Shown: in pieces, positions 1 to 10,764 of the stretch
How positions within the stretch are numbered: position 1 is the first letter of the stretch
Layout of the letters: every line of letters starts with the position of its first letter
Assembly: GCA_949358305.1 (NCBI GenBank)
Contig: OX442314.1
Location: 21,514,001-21,578,000, forward strand
Origin: Strigamia acuminata
Taxonomy: Eukaryota
DNA: 64,000 bases
Direction: 5' to 3'
Translations under genes and position numbers: made by a program
The notes under the pieces: generated by a model
Seen by the model: the letters and a program-made list of their open reading frames with translations, nothing else
Databases searched by the model: none
Told to the model about the DNA's origin: nothing

Positions 1-208
1 CTTAAGCAGGAGGTGAAAAGGAAATAAACAAAAGCTCCTGTCATTCTCTGAACAGGAAGACTCGTGAATACGTGATTCATTTCATCAAAAAGATGTCATT
101 TAGAGAGAGAGCTTGGTGGCGACTTTAATTAGCATCACAATTTAATATAATTTCTATGCTAACATAATTAAACCTCTAAATTGCTAATTTTGCTTGTTGT
201 AATCTTAG

Positions 209-3200
209 CTCCTAATTCTTACAATCCCGAAAAAAGTGACCAAGTTGTCCATGAAAAAGCCCACAATTACTCATTTGGAATTAAACTGCCAGATGCTAAA
301 CCTAATAACGTCCCAGGTGAGCATAATCTTAATTGACATTCCTACTATAAGCCTGGAGTAGAAATCTGCATTAAAAATGAATGACGATTGTGTATTCGAA
401 CGGGGATCGGCCTAGCATTCCTGATTGAAACGATGACCTTTTTTCTGAAAGCCGCAACGAATCCTCGTTTCATTTATACACATCACAAACTAAACTATAT
501 TAAGATTACGTTATAATTACAATTATTATATTATATTTATTTTATTTATGATAAATTAGCTCCAAATGCTTACAGTCCAGACAAAAGTGATGGAACGGTT
601 AATGAATCAGCGCCACTTTACTCTTTTGGGGCAAAGATTAAGGACCCGAGTTCGTTTAATGTTCCAGGTAATCAGATATTAAATACAGTGCCGCTTGAAT
701 GTGAAAAGTGAAATTTGTGCGTGAAAGAGACTACAGAGCATGACAGATTAGTTATTATTGACTAGTATTTATTAGTTATTGTAAGCAGTGTGGTGGAAAA
801 ACTAATATTCAGCTCTTTTTAATATTTCGTTGGGTTATACTTAAAAAAATGAAACTTAATTTGCTAATTTTGCTTGTAACCTCAGCTCCTAATTCCTACA
901 ACCCGGAAAAAAGTGACCAAGTTGTTCATGAAAAATCTTACAACTACTCATTTGGGATTAAACTTCCAGATATTAAACCTAATAATGTTCCAGGTGAGCA
1001 TAATCTTAAGTGAAATAGATAGCATGAAATAGAAAGCCGCATTGTAAATGATGTTAAACCAGATTTCCTGGTTAAAAGAGTTCCCATTTCTATAAACGTC
1101 AGTAAGAAGCCCTGATTTCTTAAACATATCAGAAACTACTTCAATATTAAGTTATAAAATAAATCGGACGTTTAATTATAATTGTATTTACGATGAATTA
1201 GCTCCGAATGCTTATAGTCCTGACAAAAGCGACGGCAAGGTTAATGAATCAGCGCCAGTTTACTCTTTTGGTGCAAAGATTAAGGATCCGAGTCTATTTA
1301 ACGTTCCAGGTACAGTACAGTAATATATATATTTCACACAGTAATACAGCACTGTGCTAAGTAGTTTGACCTAATAGAAGCATTGAAATTTATCTGACTT
1401 TTTGAATGCAAATACTACAATTAACCAATTAATATCAAATTGTTCTTTTTTACTTGTATCGTTAATTAGCTCCAAATGCCTACAATCCTGACAAAAGTGA
1501 TGAAAACGTGCACGAATCAGCTCCACTTTACTCTTTCGGTTCGAAGATTAAGGACCCAAGCCCGTTTAATGTTCCAGGTAACCACATTTATAATACAATA
1601 CAGTAAAGTGTGGGTATAGTAAAATATCATGAGAATGGATGTGAATAGTCTAAAATGAGGAGATAAACAGAAGTTATTCGGTATTTACATTCAATAATTA
1701 ATTGTGCTGTACTTAAATTAATCTAACTTCTAATTGCTATTTTTGGTTGTTGTGAACTCAGCTCCCAATTCTTACAATCCTGAGAAAAGTGACCAAGTTG
1801 TTCATGAAAAATCGCTGAACTATTCGTTTGGAATTAAACTACCTGATGCTAAACCTAATAACGTCCCTGGTGAGCGAAATCTTAATTACAATTCTAAGCT
1901 TAAGTGTTAAGGATACAACTGCATAAAACTTGCAAAATTTATAAACATTAATAACCCGTGTATTTGGTCGGAGATGAGTCTTTAACTTTTTTTGTGACCG
2001 ACTTGTTGTTAATTTAAACGGCCAACATGAAAAATCAATCTTCGTTTGTATTTGTTCGGATTTTTATAAAGGAGCCGTCCGTAAATTACGTAATGCACCA
2101 AGGGGGAGAGGGGGTTTCAAATTTTATTACGAGTTATTACTAAGGGAGAGGTGGGTTTCAAATTTTGTTATGTTCCATGTAAAAAAAAATTTAAATGTTA
2201 AATAATCAAAATACGGGGTGTCCTAACAGTCTGGTCTTCTCTAAATATTATCTGAGCAATTGCATCTTTGATGAAGCAATCGTATAGGAAGTTGGGTGAG
2301 AGTGAGAGCAATCCAATGATGTCATCAAATTTCACCTCGAAGGCCATTTTCAAGGTCATTCACTTTCTAACTTTTAAACCAATCAGGTTATAGAGAAAAA
2401 TTTCTAATCAGAAAGTTGTAGAGCACCATCAAATTAGTACTATCCAACTTACCTTAGTCATCTTGAAGATTTTTTAATTACAATTGTTATAATTTTGCAC
2501 TATTCTTTTTCTTTATGACTAATTAGCTCCAAATGCTTACAATCCTGATAAAAGCAACGGAAAGTTGAATGAATCAGCTCCACTTTACTCTTTAGGTGCA
2601 AAGATTAAGGACCCGAGCCCATTTAATGTTCCATGTAATGGGAAATTTAATACAAAGCACCAGCTTGCATCTCTTATGAAAATGAAGCTTTTTGGTGTGA
2701 ATGTAAATGGCCAATCGTAAAGAGGAAGTAAACCACAAACAAAAGCTCCTGTCATTCTATGAACAGCAAGACTCGTGAATATGTGATTCATTTCATCAAA
2801 AAGGTGTCATTTATAGAGAGTTTGGTGGCGACTTTAATTAGCATCACAATTTAATATTTTCCCGCTATGCTTATATAATTGCTATTTTTACTTGTTGTAA
2901 TCTTAGCTCCTAATTCTTACAATCCTGAAAAAAGTGACCAAGTTGTCCATGAAAAAGCCCACAATTACTCATTTGGAATTAAACTGCCAGATGCTAAACC
3001 TAATAACGTCCCAGGTGAGCATAAAGTAAAAATCTGCATTAAAAATGAATGATGTTCGTGTATTTGAACGGGGATCAGCCTAGCATTCCTGATTGAAAAT
3101 ATGGTCTTTTTTCCGATGGCCACAACGAATCCTCCTTTCATTTATACACGTCACAAACTAAACTACATTAAGATTATATTACAATTAAAATTATTATACT

Positions 3201-6200
3201 ATATTTATTTTATTTATGTTAAATTAGCTCCAAATGCTTACAGTCCAGACAAAAGTGATGGAACGGTTAATGAATCAGCTCCACTTTACTCTTTTGGTGC
3301 AAAGATTAAGGACCCGAGTCCATTTAATGTTCCAGGTAATCAGAAATAAAATAACAGTGCAGCTGGAATGTGAAAAGTGAAATTTGTGCGTGAATGTAAA
3401 GTAAAGAGATTATGGAGCATGAGAGATTAGGTATCATTAACTAACATTAGTTAATGTAAGCAATGTGGTGGAAAAACTAATATGCACCTCTCTTTAATAT
3501 TTCTTTGGGTTATACATAAAAAAATAAACCTAATTTGCTAATTTTGCTTGTAATCTCAGCTCCTAATTCCTACAACCCGGAAAAAAGTGACCAAGTTGTT
3601 CATGAAAAATCTTACAACTACTCATTTGGGATTAAACTTCCAGATGTTAAACCTAATAATGTTCCAGGTGAGCATAATCTTAAGTGAAATAGATAGCATG
3701 AATTAAAGAGCTGCATTCTAAATGACGTTAAACCAGATCTCCTGGTTAAAAGAGTTCCCATTTCTATAAACGTCAGTAAGAAGCCATTATTCCTTAAACA
3801 TATCAAAAACTACTTCAATATTAAGTTATAAATGTACCGGACGTTTAATCATAATTGTATTTACGGTTAATTAGCTCCAAATGCCTACAGTCCTGACAAA
3901 AGCGACGGCAAGGTTAATGAATCAGCGCCAGTGTACTCTTTTGGTGCAAAGATTATGGACCCGAGTCCATTTAACGTTCCAGGTACGGTACAGTAGTTTT
4001 GCTAAGTAGTTTGACATAATAGAAGCATTGAAATTTATTCGATTTTTCTGAATGCACATACCGGTAATACTATTAAGCAATTAATATCAAATTTGTTTTT
4101 TACTTGTATCGTTAATTAGCTCCAAATGCCTACAATCCTGACAAAAGTGATGAAAACGTGCACGAATCAGCTCCATTTTACTCTTTTGGTTCGAAGATTA
4201 AGGATCCAAGCCCGTTTAATGTTCCAGGTAACCACATTTTTAATACTATACAGTGAAGTGTGGGTAAAGTAAAATATCTTGAGGATGGATGTGAATAATC
4301 TAAAATGAGGAGATAAACAGAAGTTATTCAGTATCTACATTCAATAATTAATTGTGCTGTACTTAAATTAATCTAACTTCTAATTGCTATTTTTGCTTGT
4401 TGTGAACTCAGCTCCTAATTCTTACAATCCTGAAAAAAGTGACCAAGTTGTCCACGAAAAATCGCACAACTACTCATTTGGAATTAAACTACCCGATGCT
4501 AAACCTAATAACGTCCCAGGTGAGCGTAATCTTAAGTGAAATAATCTTGAGTGCCATTAAAAGTACGTAAGTACGTAAGTACAAAAGATTTATGGTACAA
4601 AACAATCGGATATTTTGGTGGGAATCAGTTTTAGTTTTCTTTGTGGAAGATACAAAAACGGCTAGTTTCCGTGATACATACAAAGAATTACAATAGGATT
4701 AAGTTCTAAGAAAAATATACTTTCATTACAATTATTACACGCATTACATTTATGATTAATTAGCTCCAAATGCCTACAATCCAGACAAAAGTGATGGAAA
4801 GGTTAATGAATCAGCACCACTTTATTCCTTTGGGGCAAAGATTAAGGACCCGAGTCCATTTAATGTTCCAGGTAATCAGAAACTAAATACAGTGCAGCTT
4901 GAATGCGAAAAGTGAAATTTGTGTGTGAATGTGTATCTAAAGTAAAGAGACTTTGAGCATGAGCGTGGGTTACTGTTAATGACTATTAGTGAGCTGATGT
5001 TAGGAGTGTGGTGGCAAAATTCACATCTCTACAAGTAGATATGCTGAATTTTGCGACTCACTTGTGCTACATATACATAAAACAATTTAATTTCTAAGTA
5101 CTAATTTTGCTTGTTGTAATCTCAGCTCCCAATTCTTACAATCCCGAGAAAAGTGACCAAGTTGTCCATGAAAAATCTCACAACTATTCATTTGGGATTA
5201 AACTTCCAGATGTTAAACCTAATAATGTTCCAGGTGAGCATAATCTTAAGTGAAATAGATAGCATGAAATAGAGAGCTGCATTCTAAATGATGTTAAACC
5301 AGATTTCCTGGTTGAAAGAGTTCCCATTTCTTTGAACGTTCGTAATGGATTTCTTCTTAAACATGAAAAACTACTTCAATATAAACTAAAAATATACCCG
5401 ACCTTTAATTATACTTTTATTTACGATTAATTAGCTCCAAATGAGTATAGTCCAGACAAAAGTGATGGAACGGTTAATGAATCAGCGCCAGTTTACTCTT
5501 TTGGTGCAAAGATTAAGGACCCGAGTCCATTTAATGTTCTAGGTACAATACAGCAATTTAACGCAGTAACACAGCACTGTGCTAAGTAGTTTGCCATTGT
5601 AGAACAATTAAAATGATTAGGTTTTGTTTGAATACCCCAGTAATGGTTAGCATTAATATAATTTTTTTTTATTTGTATTTTTAATTAGCTCCAAATGCGT
5701 ACAATCCTGACAAAAGTGATGGAAATGTCCACGAATCGGCTCCACTTTACTCCTTCGGTTCAAAGATTAAGGACCCGAACCCGTTTAACGTTCCAGGTAA
5801 TCTCAAATTTAATACTATGCAATAAATTAGTGAGGGTGTACGGAAATATGTGGTTTTCGGTGTCAGTAACCTGAAATGAAGAGAGTTAAAGCAGGAAAGG
5901 AAAAAATAATGAAAAAGGCAAAATGATTCTTTTATTTAACTAGCTAATTTAAGGGGTTTGGATTCAAAATTAATAAGCATTATCAGGTGCATTCATAAAG
6001 TCACTTACCGTACTGCCTCGATTTAACGCCGGGGCGTTTATTAATTTTTCCGAGCCGACCACCGGGCGGGTCGGCTTTCGGCGGCATTTAGTGCACTACA
6101 CGCCGCCTAGCCCCCGGCGTTTAGATACGCCCGGCGTTAAATCGAGGCAGTACGGTAGGCTTGTTTATATTTTTAAACCGATCTACAATAGAGAGTTTGC

Positions 6201-9200
6201 GAGATGCATTTTTCCCTTACAGTTAAAGACTATACGGTATAAAAATAGTGTAAGGAAAAAATGATAAATTAAGTTTTTGCAGGCTGCACTTTTCCGTTAT
6301 CACTACACTATTTCAGCCAACTACTGGCAGTTAGTAATTTTAGGCCTAAAAATTCAATTTGGGGGCGTAAATGTGCAAATTTCTGCATAAAATTCCATTA
6401 TTATGCCTATAAAGTATGGTTTTGGGCCTAAAATTCAATTTTGGGCCTCACTTATCATTCAATCTACGTACCTATGACTGTGATGTGTTTGATCGGGACA
6501 ACAAAATAATCGCCATTTGCAATGGACGGAGCTAACAATATAGTGTTATCAATTCTGATTGGCTGCGCTATATTTTAATTTAGTTGTGAAAACGATACAC
6601 TAAAGATTTTTTCCTTTCGATATGGCACTAAAACAGTGTAGCGTGGCACAAAATAAGGGAAAAATGCATCTCGCAAACTCTGTACTGTAAATGTAAATGT
6701 AAAATTTTACATGTTAAATATAAACAAGTTTTTGACTACATTCATGTCGCTACATTCATGTCCAACATGAATGTATTAAGCTGATTTTAATGACGCGCTG
6801 TGATTGGTAGAGATCTATTGATGTCTGTTTGTTTCCTCAAAGCACGTTTTCACAAAACAATGTTTTATTCTAAGCGTCGCTGTAATTGGACTCCTTCGGT
6901 ACATCCCCCTTGACCTTCCAAAACTTAACCTTGTTTGTTTTTAACAACATAGGCTGAACCGAGTATTTTCATCAATGTGTCTCTCAACTAATCACAGCGC
7001 ATCATGAAAATATTACGTTCATGTCAGACATGAATGTAGCCACTTCGTTAATATTCACTCTGTATTTGTACTAATTACTAAAGTTGGTTGATGTAACTTT
7101 AGCTCCTAATTGTTACAATCCTGAGAAAAGTGACGATGTTATCCACGAAAAATCCCACAACTACTCATTTGGAATTAAATTATCCGATGTTAAACCTAAC
7201 AATGTCCCAGGTGAGCATAATATTCTTAAGTGCAGTTCTTAGCATCAGTATAATTAATACTCTCCTAGAAGTTTGACAAAGGTTAGAAGTGCTTTTAGTA
7301 AAATGAAGTACACTGCTAAATTTTGTTCATAGCTTTGGTGTGCAGAGTATTTATTTACTTTAGTTCATAATAATAATTAGTAATGATTAACCTTTCCTTC
7401 ATAATAACTTAACACTCTTATCTTTCAAGTCTATCCATTACAGGAAAGGTAAGTCTGTACATTAATATAAAGTGCCACGTTATCTTTATCAGGTTTCTGA
7501 AAATGTTTTATATTACGTGGTAGAGTAATATACAAGTATTAAATTAATCTGTGGCACACCGCATTAGCAAGTATATAAATTTTAATACAGGTTGAGATTA
7601 CACAGGGTTTTGCACACTTCCAGATCTTCATAAATATTCTTCTTTTATCTTTATTTTGCTTGTGGTTCTATGGTATAAGTGTTCTAAAGATACAAATGCG
7701 TTTCTCTTTTATTTCAATCTAATTACACTAATGATCTTTTCTGTGTCCTCCTCATAATCTTAGCAGCAAATCTCTATGATCCTCTCAAAGGCTTAGATCT
7801 GTATAGGGCTAAGTCTCCAAGTTTCTCTTTTGGGATTAAACATGCTTCTACCCATGACATGACAATACCAGGTATATGAATGTAATGACAAATTTTTTCC
7901 TTTTTCTCACAGGATTCATTTCTTGCACAAAAGATGTTCACATACATTTTGGTCTTATTTTATCAAAATAATATTTATCTCTGATGTCATTTAGTTTTCA
8001 AAAGTTAAATGTAAATTTATTTTCAGCTCCTAATGCCTATCAACCAGAAAAAGGCGACGATTCAGTTCATAAGTCTGCGCCTGATTTCAGTTTTGGTGTG
8101 AAAGTTAAAGACCCAGAGGCATTTAATACTCCAAGTAAGAAATTTTATAAAAATGTTTGAAGGATGTTAGTTGAATTTGTTTTTATTGCAGGCCCAAATT
8201 CTTACTTAGTTCCAACGTTACTGGGTGAATCTCCAAGTTACACGTTATCTGGGAAAGGAAAAGATGCAAAACCAAGCCAGGTTTGGAAACTGGACTTGAA
8301 TTTAGAGGAAAAATAGATTTGAATCAATCAATTTTAATTTCCAGATTCCTGCACCTAATGCGTATGCTGTCCCAGATTCAAGCGCGTACAAACTGAAGAG
8401 TCCAAGTTTCTCTTTAGGAGAGAAAACAGAATTGCCTTGTGACAAGACCCAGAAACCTGGACCAGGAGCACATTCTCCAGAAAAGGTAAATTGGAAACGA
8501 TAATTGCTTTTTAAACATTTATCTGGATAAAAATTATTCAATTATTATTCAATAAATTATTCAACTGTTAGCATGTGTAGAAATCAGTGGTGCAGTCTTA
8601 AGAAAAGTCAAATATATATGATCCCCCAAACCATAGTAGCAACGATGATCGTTTTAACATCGCATCTATGTACAGTCGTGGTCAGTTTAGCTGATTTAAG
8701 TTTATCTACCAGGTGACATAAAAAAAAATCCATTGAGATTCAACAATGACATCAATCTTGACCTGGTCTCTCGTCTTGCTCTAACAACAGTAAGATAGAC
8801 CGAGCAAATAATGATCGATAAACTTAAAACAGCTAAACTGAAGGGAAGTTTTTTCTGTTCACGACTGTATATACTATATTAAACTTTGCATCTATCTAGA
8901 TGTGTCATTCATTGTGTTACTTGGGAATGGTCGAATAACGGTGATGTTGTACAAATACAATTAAAATTGAGAATTTCATTACATTACCGATGAAATTTCT
9001 TGGAATTTCTTCAAAATCAGATGGAATTTCTTGGAATTTCTTCAAAATCTGATGGAATTTCATGGAATTTTACTAAAGGCTGATAAAACGTGATTAAAAA
9101 TTAATTCAAAAATTAAATCAAATTTTGTTTTAAAAATAATTAAAAATTGGTATAACCCAAAGTACCTTTCAGCGTAGAGCCAAAGATATATGGCGTATGC

Positions 9201-9653
9201 CCTCCACTACAGCACTGATAGTAATACATAACTTACTTTGTGATATCAGTGTTGACTGCCATAGCACCAAATGCAGTACAGTACAGCCTACTTTTCTATT
9301 GATCTCTTTAGGACTGCACGACAAATACAATTTTTATGAAACCAAAACCACTTTCTATTACCTTTAAAATGCAATTAATTAGTTTTGATATTTACATGCA
9401 GAAATGTGGTTTTTAATTAAATATATTAAATTTATTAAATTATAAATGACAGAATTCACGGAAATGTATCGGTAAAAGAAATGTATCTGGATAAACAAAA
9501 TATTTTATACAACATTTTGAAGGAAAAAAAAACCCTCTAAATTTTTTCTACTTTACATTTCATTTGCAGGTGGAAGCGTGCAACGTCCAACAGCCCCGCG
9601 TCAGTTTTGGCATTAAACACAGTCCATATTCAACAACAATGGCTGTGAAATAA
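209..9653 (+). CDS. ODF3: ODF3/CIMAP1-family (SHIPPO-1 / PGP-repeat) ciliary-flagellar microtubule-associated protein, 5'-partial, 23 exons in window
   Basis: Twenty 108-nt phase-1 exons with AG/GT ends: 209-316, 560-667, 886-993, 1202-1309, 1470-1577, 1762-1869, 2527-2634, 2907-3014, 3228-3335, 3560-3667, 3875-3982, 4120-4227, 4412-4519, 4764-4871, 5126-5233, 5435-5542, 5689-5796, 7103-7210, 7764-7871, 8027-8134. Then 8192-8280, 8345-8485 and 9570-9653 (TAA). Each 108-nt exon encodes a 36-aa unit of the form APNxYxPxKSD...YSFGxKxxDxxxxNVP. The C-terminus KPGPGAHSPEKV...PRVSFGIKHSPY resembles the known ODF3 C-terminus. Confidence 0.88.
6008..6155. mobile_element. MITE, Tc1/mariner superfamily (CCGTA termini, Tc2/pogo-like)
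   Basis: About 26-bp inverted termini CCGTACTGCCTCGATTTAACGCCGGG / CCCGGCGTTAAATCGAGGCAGTACGG, with TA on both sides. Lies in an ODF3 intron. Confidence 0.8.
6186..6687. mobile_element. MITE / non-autonomous DNA transposon (TA TSD)
   Basis: About 34-bp imperfect TIR CA(A/G)TA(G/C)AGAGTTTGCGAGATGCATTTTTCCCTTA, with TA on both flanks. Confidence 0.75.
6749..7040. mobile_element. MITE-like element with about 70-bp imperfect inverted ends
   Basis: GCTACATTCATGTC...GCGCTGTGATT...ATTGATG at the left matches the reverse complement of about 6970-7040. Confidence 0.6.
8585..9217. mobile_element. Possible hAT-type non-autonomous element containing a nested MITE and a roughly 30-bp tandem repeat
   Basis: Termini CAGTGGTGCAGT / ACTACAGCACTG; degenerate 8-bp flanks GTAGAAAT / ATAGTAAT; internal GATGGAATTTCTTGGAATTTCTTCAAAATC repeats at about 8990-9070. 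Confidence 0.4.
8673..8867. mobile_element. Tc1-like MITE (family also at 46234-46414)
   Basis: TA-CAGTCGTG...CACGACTG-TA. The internal sequence is the reverse complement of the element at 46234-46414. Confidence 0.8.
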
Positions 9654-10724
9654 ACCGATAATAATCGTATTCTTTTTATATTTCAGTTTTTACTTTTGCT
9701 ATAAATCTCTTGCTTTATAGAATTTGTTAGAGAACAAATGTTGAAACCTGTGAATTCTGATGATTGCCAATAAGTTTGGATTAATTATATTGTTAAATGT
9801 TAACCACAACGCTTTTTCTACTTAAAAATATCGCTTTTAGTATTTTTATTGTTTTTTTCCTTACACTTTTTGAATTATTTTTGCTTCATTTTATTTCGGG
9901 TATTGATGGCATTCCAGGTAGTTTTGTATGGTTGTTGTAACTAATATTTTATATTGAGGTGAGAAATAAATTAATAAAAAGTATCATGATTGAATTTACC
10001 AATATGATTTATTCAACAAAAATCAATAACGCTTGATCAAACAGTCTTCACTTTAATCCATTATCTTAAAAATGCCTGCATCATCCAAACAAAAACATAG
10101 GCCACTCCAATTTAAAATTTAATCATCGAATCTCATTTAAATTTAAACAATAAATCTTAATATGTCGAAGCAGATAAAGCTTTATCCACATGGGGAAAAA
10201 ATTCGGTCGAGTTTCTGCTTGCTTTGTCGAGTGATTGAACATTAACTACTTAGAAAGTTAAAGAAATAAATTTAAAAAAAGTATATATAAATGTGAAATT
10301 GAAATCGTGATTTCATTTGCTCTCTACCACCAAATCAACACTGTGCACTTGAAATGTTCAATTGTGGACTCAAGATTAGAGATTTAAGAACAAAAAAAAT
10401 CTTGCAATGACGCATTCTCAAGTTCTCGTGGCAAATCACCTGACTTTCCAAAACGATAACAAAAACACTTAGAAAATGAATTCTCACTTGTATTTGTATT
10501 TACATTACTGAAACAAGGAGAAAATTTAAATGTTTTCCCCATTCAAAGCAACAAAGTGTCACTTAGCGGTTACAGCTGTCAAATCAAAGCCGAATGAACT
10601 CAACAGCAAGAAGAATTTATCAATTTCTTAAAGATTTAATGTTATTTATTTATTTCGGACGTCATCTTCTTTAAGTGTTTTCAACTTGCCATTGAATCAA
10701 TACTATATATTTTGATATCAACTA

Positions 10725-10764
10725 GTTGCCATGGCAATAAGCAGGCGCGCCTTTGATGACGTCA
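10725..10764. promoter_or_regulatory. RFX X-box-like palindrome next to a full CRE, candidate distal synaptotagmin promoter
   Basis: GTTGCCATGGCAAT at 10725-10738 and TGACGTCA at 10757-10764. A strong donor CAG|GTAAGG lies downstream at 11116/11117. Confidence 0.4.

Noticed and set aside
2070..2360. Possible transposon ends (GGAGCCGTCCGTAAATTACG; TACGGGGTGTCC) in an ODF3 intron
   Set aside because: Only single ends are visible, with no matching TIR or TSD, so they are not called as features.
209..7210. Regularly spaced repeats with variable spacers resembling a CRISPR-like or satellite array
   Set aside because: The repeats are 108-nt coding exons bounded by AG/GT in a eukaryotic gene. The spacers are homologous introns, and there are no cas genes.
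209..8134. Dscam-type mutually exclusive exon cluster
   Set aside because: Introns are long enough for exon-to-exon splicing, consecutive inclusion keeps the frame and makes a sensible repeat protein, and no docking/selector complementarity was seen.
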